Shown here one piece after another: positions 1-7,288 of a stretch of DNA of 64,000 bases. How positions within the stretch are numbered: the first letter of the stretch is position 1; each line of letters opens with the position of its first letter. The notes under the pieces are model-generated. The model had not been told where the DNA came from and did not search any database. It worked only from the letters and a program-made list of their open reading frames with translations. Both the position numbers and the translations under genes were made by a program. The DNA lies in assembly GCA_038882955.1 (NCBI GenBank), contig JAVZNC010000001.1:160001-224000 (forward strand), in the 5' to 3' direction. The DNA is from Candidatus Bathyarchaeia archaeon. GTDB taxonomy: Archaea; Thermoproteota; Bathyarchaeia; Bathyarchaeales; Bathycorpusculaceae.

Positions 1-324
1 TTCGATTATGTAACGGGCGCGTTTTCGAAGTTTAACTTCGAAGTTTCCGGCTTCGCCTTCCACGCCTAAAATTTCCGTGTTAGTCAAAATTGTTATGTTC
101 GGATGCCTACCGGTAGCCACAAGTTTAGGCGAGAGAATGCACATTGAACAATCGTTTGTCGGAAAAGTCTTGTCAAGCTGAGCCATTACGCCGCCGATGC
201 TTGCGCCCTCGTCGATAAGGTACACTTTGAAGCCAGAATCAGCCAAGTCCAAGGAAGCTTGGATTCCAGCAACTCCTCCGCCGACAACGAGAACTGCGCC
301 AACTTTTTGGTTCTTGTCTGCCAT
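1..324 (-). CDS. hdrA: HdrA-like FAD/Fe-S protein, N-terminal part (runs off window start)
   Basis: Manual translation from ATG at 324: MADKNQKVGAVLVVGGGVAGIQASLDLADSGFKVYL...DKTFPTNDCSMCILSPK, the HdrA FAD and FPTxDC motifs. It starts at the Rossmann fold with no N-terminal Fe-S domain. Confidence 0.85.
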   Translation of the reverse strand, partial: MADKNQKVGAVLVVGGGVAGIQASLDLADSGFKVYLIDEGASIGGVMAQLDKTFPTNDCSMCILSPKLVATGRHPNITILTNTEILGVEGEAGNFEVKLRKRARYIIE

Positions 325-325
325 C

Positions 326-1069
326 CTACTTCACCTCCAACGCCTTATAAAGGGGCGTTGTCTTCACAAAACGTTCTATCGTTATCATGTTCTTCCTACG
401 CATGTTCACAATCTGCTTAAGAACATCTGCAGGCTTAATTCCAAGCGCTTTAGCCAAATCTTTAACCGAAAGCGGCTTTGTCTTGGTCAGCAAGTGGATT
501 TTGTGGCGTAGGAAATCTTCCTTAACGATTTCGTCCATCAAAAAGTCGAATTCCTCTTGCGAGATTTTTTCTCCATAAACGTTTATGCTTTCCGTAAGCT
601 CTTTTTCCCTTCCAAGCAAAACTCTAAGCCTAAAGTCAGAAGCCGCGTTTTTAGCAGCCAAAATGTTTAGCATAAGTTCTGATTCTGGAGACGCTTTTAT
701 TGGAGATTCTCCAAGCCCAGTTATAACGGTGTTAAACTCTTTCAAGTGTTGGATGAAGCTTTCTCCTTCTAGCGGTGTGTACCATTCAAGCTTTACGCGT
801 TCCGGCTCCAAACCAGCAAGTGCAACAAGCTTCTTTAGAAGTTTAACGGCTCTTTCCGCATGAAGATTTCCTTCAATATAGTGGCAGTCTGGCGGTTTAC
901 AACCAACCATTAAAACGCCGTCAGCGCCATTAGCAAGCACGTCAAGAACAATGGCTGGGTCGAGCCTTCCAATGCACATTACACGGGCGACGTTAACGTT
1001 TTTTGGAATTTCCATTTCTTCTAGGCAGAAAGCCCAATTACACATGAAACAAACAATTTTTGCGCTCAT
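326..1069 (-). CDS. mvhD: MvhD-like [2Fe-2S] protein with C-terminal winged-HTH-like extension
   Basis: CNW...VMCIGR...GADGV..GCKPPDCHY motifs; tail KPLSVKDLAKALGIKPADVLKQIVNMRRKNMI is HTH-like. Confidence 0.8.
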   Translation of the reverse strand: MSAKIVCFMCNWAFCLEEMEIPKNVNVARVMCIGRLDPAIVLDVLANGADGVLMVGCKPPDCHYIEGNLHAERAVKLLKKLVALAGLEPERVKLEWYTPLEGESFIQHLKEFNTVITGLGESPIKASPESELMLNILAAKNAASDFRLRVLLGREKELTESINVYGEKISQEEFDFLMDEIVKEDFLRHKIHLLTKTKPLSVKDLAKALGIKPADVLKQIVNMRRKNMITIERFVKTTPLYKALEVK

Positions 1070-2787
1070 GTTCTCGCCTCCTCAACTTGCAAGGCAAGGC
1101 TTAATATGCGTTCATTCGAAAACTTCTTCATCGAAATTGCTTGTTCTGGACACCGCGCAGCACATATTCCGCAGCCCTTGCAAAGCTCCTCGTTAACTTG
1201 TGCAATTTCCTTCTCGTTCTTTTTTATCGCTCCGAATGGGCATACAACAGCGCAGACATTGCATCCAACGCACAAGTTTTCGTCAACGACAGCCTTGTCG
1301 CCCTCGCATAAGTCCAGCTCTGCTAAGCATTCTGCGCATGGTCCGCAGCCTAGACAGCGAAAAGCCTCAAAAACTGCCTCACGTTTTAACTTTTCAAGGT
1401 AAACTTTAGCCTCTTCAAAGCTTAGGTGAGGCTTTTCTAACGGAGGCTCGTATCTGCGCTCCTTCTTTTTGATGTAGCCCCAATTCTTAACCCAAGTCGT
1501 TTCCTCAATTTTTTCTTCTCTTGCGCTTCTCGGGTCCTGTCCGCGAAGGTAAAGGTGAATTGAAACTGCCGCTTTTTTGCCTGCCCCAACAGCCTCAATT
1601 ATGCTTGCCGGTCCAGTAGCCATGTCGCCGCCAGCAAAAACGCCTTTCACACTTGTTTCCATAGTTGCGAAGTCAACTTTTATTGATGGCGTTCTTGCCT
1701 CTTTGTCTAAAAGTTCTGGCGGCACGCATGACAATTCTAGGACTTGCCCAAGCGCGGGTATAACCATGTCAACCTCGTATTGATGCTCTGAAAAGCTTAT
1801 TGGGATAGGCTTTCTTCTTCCACTCTCGTCTGGTTCTCCGAGACGCATCCTTATACATTCAACAGCCTTAACCTTGCCATTTTCGCCTATTATCTGCTTT
1901 GGAGCGACCAAAAAGTAGAATTTAACTCCGTCTTTTTCTGCTTCCGCCACCTCGTGCGGCAGTGCGGGCATCTCTTCGCGTGAACGCCTATACAATATCA
2001 TTACTTCTTTTGCGCCAAGCTTCTTTGCGGTTCTAGCCGCGTCTATGGCTGTGTTCCCGCCGCCTATCACGGCGACTCTTTCACCAACTTTTATAGGTTC
2101 GCCCAGCGATATAGCCCTCAAAAAGTCAACAGCATTTATTACGCCTTCAAGCTCCTCGCCTGGAACGTTCAGCTTCATGCCCTTCTGCGTTCCGATTGCG
2201 AGGAAAATTGCCTTATACCCATCTTTGCGCAGGCTCTCAAGCGTTATATCCTTTCCAAATTCCACGCCAGTCTTTATTTCCACGCCCAAATCCTTTATGT
2301 AGGCGATTTCGTTTGCCACAACAAACTTTTCGAGGCGGAAGTTTGGTATGCAGTAGCGCATCATTCCGCCAGGCTCACTCATTCGCTCAAAAACGGTTAC
2401 TGGATAACCAAGTTTCGCAAGTTCGTAGGCTGCCGTTAAACCCGCTGGTCCAGCACCTATTATGGCGACTTTTTCGCTGTACTTCTTTGGGATTGGTTCT
2501 GGTTTCACGCGTCCCTGCTCTCTTTCAATGTCTGCGACAAGCCTTTTTAGTGCGCGTATTGCCACGGCTTGGTCAACGTTTGTTCTTGCACATGCATCTT
2601 CGCATGGGCTGAAGCACACGCGTCCGCAGATGGCAGGGAATGGCATGTCCTTGCGGATTATTTCAACTGCTTCTTTGAATTTGCCTCTTTGAAGCAATGC
2701 GACATATCCTTGAACGTTGACGTGTGCTGGGCATGCGGAGCGGCATGGCGGTAGTTTCTTTACTTTTGTTTGGTTATTCTTTGTCAT
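1066..2787 (-). CDS. GltD/NfnB-family FAD/NAD(P) oxidoreductase with C-terminal 2[4Fe-4S] ferredoxin
   Basis: PCRSACPAH, CGRVCFSPCEDAC, GAGPAG, GGGNTA, YRRS, and two C-terminal CxxCxxCxxxCP motifs. Start taken at ATG 2787; the ORF is open to GTG 2823. Confidence 0.85.
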   Translation of the reverse strand: MTKNNQTKVKKLPPCRSACPAHVNVQGYVALLQRGKFKEAVEIIRKDMPFPAICGRVCFSPCEDACARTNVDQAVAIRALKRLVADIEREQGRVKPEPIPKKYSEKVAIIGAGPAGLTAAYELAKLGYPVTVFERMSEPGGMMRYCIPNFRLEKFVVANEIAYIKDLGVEIKTGVEFGKDITLESLRKDGYKAIFLAIGTQKGMKLNVPGEELEGVINAVDFLRAISLGEPIKVGERVAVIGGGNTAIDAARTAKKLGAKEVMILYRRSREEMPALPHEVAEAEKDGVKFYFLVAPKQIIGENGKVKAVECIRMRLGEPDESGRRKPIPISFSEHQYEVDMVIPALGQVLELSCVPPELLDKEARTPSIKVDFATMETSVKGVFAGGDMATGPASIIEAVGAGKKAAVSIHLYLRGQDPRSAREEKIEETTWVKNWGYIKKKERRYEPPLEKPHLSFEEAKVYLEKLKREAVFEAFRCLGCGPCAECLAELDLCEGDKAVVDENLCVGCNVCAVVCPFGAIKKNEKEIAQVNEELCKGCGICAARCPEQAISMKKFSNERILSLALQVEEART

Positions 2788-2844
2788 TGTCAAACCAGCT
2801 TGAGAATTAATCTTATGAAACACATCGGATATATTAGTGCATTC

Positions 2845-2860
2845 GCGTTAAGTTTAACGC
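2845..2860. promoter_or_regulatory. Perfect palindrome GCGTTAA-GT-TTAACGC, candidate operator
   Basis: 7-2-7 inverted repeat just downstream (minus strand) of a TATA-like TTTATG at about 2869-2874. Confidence 0.5.
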
Positions 2861-2896
2861 AAAAATAACATAAAGGTAAAGAAAAGGGGAAATAAT

Positions 2897-3487
2897 TTAT
2901 TCGCGCAGTCTACCTTCAAGCTTGCTTACCCACTTGTTGTATTCGCGGGCGCTCAACAACTTCTTAAGTTCCTGCTCTAAAGTTAACGAGTTGTTCGGCT
3001 TAATCTCCACAATCCAGCCTTCGCCGTATGGGTCTTCGTTAACGAGGTTTGGCTCGTTCTTCAGCTTCTCGTTTACTTTGACTATTTTGCCGCTTACTGG
3101 CGCGTACAAGTCGAACATGAACATCCATGTTTCCGCGACGCCGAATGGCTCCATGTGGCTTATTTCTTTTCCAACTGGTTCGGTCATTATGTTTGCTATG
3201 CCCTTCAAATGCCTTTGGGCATAGTCTGAAACGCCGACGCGGATGTTCCCTTCAGGTGTTACTTGTGCCCATGTGTGTTTTGGCGTGTAGAGGAGAAGTT
3301 CAGGTGTTAGGAGCAATTCCTTGCGTTTTTCTGCAGGTATGCCTTCTGCGCGCATTAGATCTTCGAGGCGTAGGCGGATGGCTTCTGAGACGAATTCTGA
3401 TATGCTTCTGTAGCGCCCTGTTTTGATTGCTTCTTCAATCTGTTTTATTAGTTCTTGTCTTATGCTTACGGTTTTCCATTCAGACAT
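2897..3487 (-). CDS. Ribbon-helix-helix domain fused to GcvH-like domain lacking the lipoyl lysine
   Basis: N-term KTVSIRQELIKQIEEAIKTGRYRSISEFVSEAIR is RHH/CopG-like. C-term VGVSDYAQ, DLYAPVSG, VNEDPYGEGW are GcvH motifs. ETWMF replaces ESVKA. Confidence 0.85.
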   Translation of the reverse strand: MSEWKTVSIRQELIKQIEEAIKTGRYRSISEFVSEAIRLRLEDLMRAEGIPAEKRKELLLTPELLLYTPKHTWAQVTPEGNIRVGVSDYAQRHLKGIANIMTEPVGKEISHMEPFGVAETWMFMFDLYAPVSGKIVKVNEKLKNEPNLVNEDPYGEGWIVEIKPNNSLTLEQELKKLLSAREYNKWVSKLEGRLRE

Positions 3488-3565
3488 TTTCCATCAACCT
3501 CCTTTACATCTGAAGCATATATAACATAAACCAAAGATATATACTTGATGCATATATTTTACGCA

Positions 3566-3582
3566 ATAGTAAATACCATATA
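3566..3582 (+). repeat. 17-bp direct repeat copy 1 (ATAGTAAATACCATATA)
   Basis: Identical to 3905-3921; imperfect palindrome. Confidence 0.8.
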
Positions 3583-3591
3583 TAAAATCGC

Positions 3592-3804
3592 TTAATGCTT
3601 CAACTCTCTCCCAAACCCCAGCAAGTTCCAAACGCGCTCATGAAAATAATAAACAACAGTCTTCAAAACAAGCTCTGACATTCCAACAACCCCGCCTAAA
3701 CTCCAATCGCCCTTACTAAATATTACGACCAACAAGATTGTTGTTAAAGTTGCAACAATTCGCCAAGAAATCGCCTTCACCAAACTTCTAATTGGTTTCT
3801 CCAA
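3592..3804 (-). CDS. DUF2061-like small membrane protein
   Basis: RSLVKAISWR...YYFHERVW signature. Confidence 0.8.
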   Translation of the reverse strand: MEKPIRSLVKAISWRIVATLTTILLVVIFSKGDWSLGGVVGMSELVLKTVVYYFHERVWNLLGFGRELKH

Positions 3805-3904
3805 ACCAGAATCTCTCCTCTATTCAAATAGAATGCAAAACTACAATTAAGGCTTGTTATCGACAGAAACGGAAAAATATAGGCTATGCGTTAAACTGGC
3901 GTGT

Positions 3905-3921
3905 ATAGTAAATACCATATA
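3905..3921 (+). repeat. 17-bp direct repeat copy 2
   Basis: Identical to 3566-3582; ends 4 nt before the GTG at 3926. Confidence 0.8.
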
Positions 3922-3925
3922 GACG

Positions 3926-5008
3926 GTGAAGCTTTTGGAAAGTAGAAAAGTGCAAAAAGTTGGCTACTCAACGCTGACTGTTTCACTTCCAAGCGAATGG
4001 ACAAAACAAAACAACATAAACCCTGGAGACCTAGTTTTCCTAATGCCAGAAAGAGACGGCACACTAAAGATTATGCCAAGCCACTTCGCCCTAAAAGAGG
4101 AAGCAGAAGAATATATCATTAACGCCGATGCCTGCGACGAGAAGGGCATGCTCGAGAGGATAATCGTCGGAAGCTACATGCTTGGAAGGGACGTTTTAAG
4201 GGTTGTATCCACAACAAGAATAAGCAAGGAACATGTTGACGAGATTAGGCGGATAGTTCCAAAACTAATTGGTCTCGGAATACTTGAAGAAACACCAAAA
4301 AACATACTACTCCAATGCTCAGTAGACCCGTCAAAATTCAAACTTGACATGCTTGTTAGACGCTTGTCGCTAATCGCATCAACAATACTTTTAGAGGCGA
4401 TGCAGGCGTTCCAAGAAAATAACGAAGATTTAGCTATAGAAGCCATCAGCCGCGAGGATGAGGCTGACACCATTTATTATCTTGCTGTTCGCTTGCTTCT
4501 TTCTGCGCAAGTTAAACCCGAAATTGCTGAGCAGATAGGCGCGACGGATGTGCTCTTTATACCAGCTACGAGGCTGATACTTCAATATTTAGAGTTGATT
4601 GCGGACTATTCAGAAGATATAGCCAAAAAAATCGTTGAGTTAAAGGTTTATCGCAACCGGATTCCATCAGACGTTGTGCAGAGAATTTTCCACATGGGCG
4701 AGTTAGCCCAAACCATATTCCAGAAAGCCCTAGACTGCATTTTCACAAGAGACCTTCGCGTGGCTAATGGCGTATTAGAAATGAAGGAAGTTCTCGAAAG
4801 GGAAGCTGAAAGACTGATGCGTGAAGCCCCAGAAATTCCGTATTTAAGGGCTTACATTTCATGCCTAACCAAAATTGCGGATAAGGGAGCGACAATTGCT
4901 GACATAGCCATAAACAGAGCATTGGAACAGCCCAAAAAAGAGGTTGAAGACATTGTCCGCGTGGTAAAGCATGTGCGGTCTATCCCATTAACTGCAAAGA
5001 ACGCTTGA
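3926..5008 (+). CDS. phoU: Archaeal AbrB-PhoU family regulator
   Basis: RKVQKVGYSTLTVSLPSEW AbrB domain; PhoU helices EDEAD, LELIADYSEDIA. Confidence 0.85.
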   Translation: MKLLESRKVQKVGYSTLTVSLPSEWTKQNNINPGDLVFLMPERDGTLKIMPSHFALKEEAEEYIINADACDEKGMLERIIVGSYMLGRDVLRVVSTTRISKEHVDEIRRIVPKLIGLGILEETPKNILLQCSVDPSKFKLDMLVRRLSLIASTILLEAMQAFQENNEDLAIEAISREDEADTIYYLAVRLLLSAQVKPEIAEQIGATDVLFIPATRLILQYLELIADYSEDIAKKIVELKVYRNRIPSDVVQRIFHMGELAQTIFQKALDCIFTRDLRVANGVLEMKEVLEREAERLMREAPEIPYLRAYISCLTKIADKGATIADIAINRALEQPKKEVEDIVRVVKHVRSIPLTAKNA

Positions 5009-5100
5009 TTTCTTGCTTCAAATGTGATTTAGTTTTAATTTAAGAAGCTTTAAATCGTTCAAAGTAAATATTGTAAATATGAGGAAGAGGCTTGAGGTAA

Positions 5101-5571
5101 ATGAGCAGTTTTGAGGAAGCCCTCCGAAACATAGATGTTTTCTGCAAGGTTCTGGTAAAGAAGCTTATTGAAAACGAAGCGGAAGAAATAAGCGACGTTG
5201 TTGTGGAGCCCATGGAGAAACTCATTTATAAAAAATACGTAATCAGCGAGCAAATAGAGCCAAGTCCTGTTAAGCATTTAATTCCATTACCACAGCTTGA
5301 AGAGCCCTTGATAGACGTGTTTGAGGACGAGAATTATGTAAGAATCCTTATACAGTGCAAATGCAAAGACCAAAAAATAACTGTTCACACGGACGTGGAT
5401 GGCATAGAAATATGCAACAAAGTCTGCTACAAGAAGGATGATGGAAATGAGGTTTGCGTTGACGAGTGCCGAAAGGTAACTCTTCCAGTTGATCACTTGA
5501 AAATTGAAAACATGGTTACGAAATGCAACAACAATGAGGCGCTTGAAATAGAGATTCCAAAAGAAAACTGA
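5101..5571 (+). CDS. Cys-rich Hsp20/alpha-crystallin-like protein
   Basis: EPLIDVFEDENYVRI...VTLP...NNEALEIEIPK resembles the sHSP core; 8 Cys. Confidence 0.55.
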   Translation: MSSFEEALRNIDVFCKVLVKKLIENEAEEISDVVVEPMEKLIYKKYVISEQIEPSPVKHLIPLPQLEEPLIDVFEDENYVRILIQCKCKDQKITVHTDVDGIEICNKVCYKKDDGNEVCVDECRKVTLPVDHLKIENMVTKCNNNEALEIEIPKEN

Positions 5572-5576
5572 CCCAT

Positions 5577-5777
5577 TTACGATTCGCTTGCCTCTCGACG
5601 TTTTATCCTAATTTTGCACCTCTCTTCATCGCTACATTTTATGCAGGTGTAAATAACGTCGAATTCGCTTTTACTTGGGTCAGATGGATTCACGAAAAAG
5701 GCGAAGCACTCCTCACCGCGCTTTATTGGTGCTCCACAACAGAAGCACTTGTGCTCTTTTAGGGCGGTCACCTTCAT
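5577..5777 (-). CDS. Small zinc-finger protein
   Basis: HKCFCCG...YTCIKC; SD-like GGAGTGG upstream. Confidence 0.6.
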   Translation of the reverse strand: MKVTALKEHKCFCCGAPIKRGEECFAFFVNPSDPSKSEFDVIYTCIKCSDEERCKIRIKRREASES

Positions 5778-5874
5778 ATGCCACTCCCAAAACTGTGATA
5801 GTGCAATTCAAACTATTAACGCTTATCTAGCAAGCTTCAAAAATAAAAATGATAAAAAGGGAAAGGAAAACGTT

Positions 5875-6750
5875 CTAGCCTATTTTGCTTAGTACTGGGT
5901 CCAATTTTACCTTGTGGAAATCGAGTGCAAGCTCTTTTGGGTCTACTCCTAGGCTTACGCTCAAAAGTTCAGCGTAATGAATTACTGGTATGTTGTATTC
6001 TTCCTTGTATGTGGTTTTTATTAGCATTTGCCCAAGGTCCAGTGTTAGGAAGCAGAATGGACAGAGCGTTGATATGCAGTCTGCGCCAGCCTTTGAAGCG
6101 TTTACTATTTTGTCTCTTGCTATGGCTAAAGCCACGTCGTCAGCGTAGCCCCGCAGTAAACCGCCACAACACTTCAACTTATTCCTATACCAAATGCTTT
6201 TGGCGCCCAACACTTCAATCAAATCGTCAAAGATTTTCGGTCGTTCTGGATCATCAAACCTCAAGAGCGCGCTTGGTCTAAGCAGGTGGCAACCAGAAAA
6301 GGCTGCTACTTTAAGCTTGCTCAGCGGTTTTGCAACGCTTTTCTTTAGGTTGTTCAAACCGACATCGTTCATCAAAACTTGAAGGTAATGCCGAACTTCC
6401 CTGTTTCCCTTAAACTCTTTCCCAACAGATGCGAGAATCTTGTTAACCCTTTCCCTAAGCTCATTTTTTTCCTTCAGAAGGGTGTTAGCCATGGCAAGCG
6501 ATTCGAAGCACCCAGTGCACAACGTGACTATGTTTAGGTCCGCTTCTTCGGCTAGGCAGATGTTGTACGCGGCGATGGCAAGGCTTGTTTCCAAGTCTAT
6601 TGACTGCAGTGGCGGCGGGGCGCAGCACGTCATGTTCTCCAAGTCGATAAGTTCTATTCCAAGTTTTGTTAGGGCTTTACGCGCCGCCAACTCATAGTGT
6701 GGTTGCCGCGCGGGTATGGTGCATCCTAAAAACAGGGCGTAACTTGTCAT
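5875..6750 (-). CDS. hdrB: Heterodisulfide reductase subunit B
   Basis: FLGC, CCAP, CTGC, SGCH, CCGG, CPFC: two CCG-type domains. Confidence 0.92.
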   Translation of the reverse strand: MTSYALFLGCTIPARQPHYELAARKALTKLGIELIDLENMTCCAPPPLQSIDLETSLAIAAYNICLAEEADLNIVTLCTGCFESLAMANTLLKEKNELRERVNKILASVGKEFKGNREVRHYLQVLMNDVGLNNLKKSVAKPLSKLKVAAFSGCHLLRPSALLRFDDPERPKIFDDLIEVLGAKSIWYRNKLKCCGGLLRGYADDVALAIARDKIVNASKAGADCISTLCPFCFLTLDLGQMLIKTTYKEEYNIPVIHYAELLSVSLGVDPKELALDFHKVKLDPVLSKIG

Positions 6751-7265
6751 TGCGCTTCACTCTTCTTAAACTGGATTTTGTCGAATCCCGTTGCCGAGAG
6801 AATACGCCTAACAGCTTCGACATTTGCTGGCTTGAGTTGCGGCAAACCGTATTCGGCGCGCTTTTTCTCGAGAAACTTTGATATTGGGACTATGCGTCCT
6901 TCGTTCATTAGTCCAGCTGCAAATTCTGCGTAAATGTTTGGCACGTTTCCCTCGCGGATGGCAATGTTCCTCAAGGCGTAGATTACGTCGGCTATCTCGA
7001 CTTTCTGTGGACAACGTTCTTGACAGTTGTAGCACGAGGAACAAAGCCAGATGGCGCCGCCAGATAATACATCATCTCTTAATCCAAGCAGCGCAAGCCT
7101 AATAATTTCTCTCGGATTATATTTATCAGTAATTTTTGCCACTGGGCAGCTTGCAGCGCATGTTCCACACTGGTAGCATAGCGTTATTGTTTCTCCGCCG
7201 AGCCTGCTGGTTATTTCCTTGGCGAATCCCTTTGTCGACACTTTCTTTTGTGCTTCCTCAGCCAT
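6747..7265 (-). CDS. hdrC: Heterodisulfide reductase subunit C
   Basis: CYQCGTCAASCP, WLCSSCYNCQERCP; overlaps hdrB start. Confidence 0.92.
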   Translation of the reverse strand: MAEEAQKKVSTKGFAKEITSRLGGETITLCYQCGTCAASCPVAKITDKYNPREIIRLALLGLRDDVLSGGAIWLCSSCYNCQERCPQKVEIADVIYALRNIAIREGNVPNIYAEFAAGLMNEGRIVPISKFLEKKRAEYGLPQLKPANVEAVRRILSATGFDKIQFKKSEAQ

Positions 7266-7288
7266 GGGATTACCGTCCTTTTCTTGGT

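Noticed and set aside
2897-3487. Functional glycine cleavage H protein
   Set aside because: Lipoyl Lys is absent, an RHH is fused, and no other gcv genes are present.
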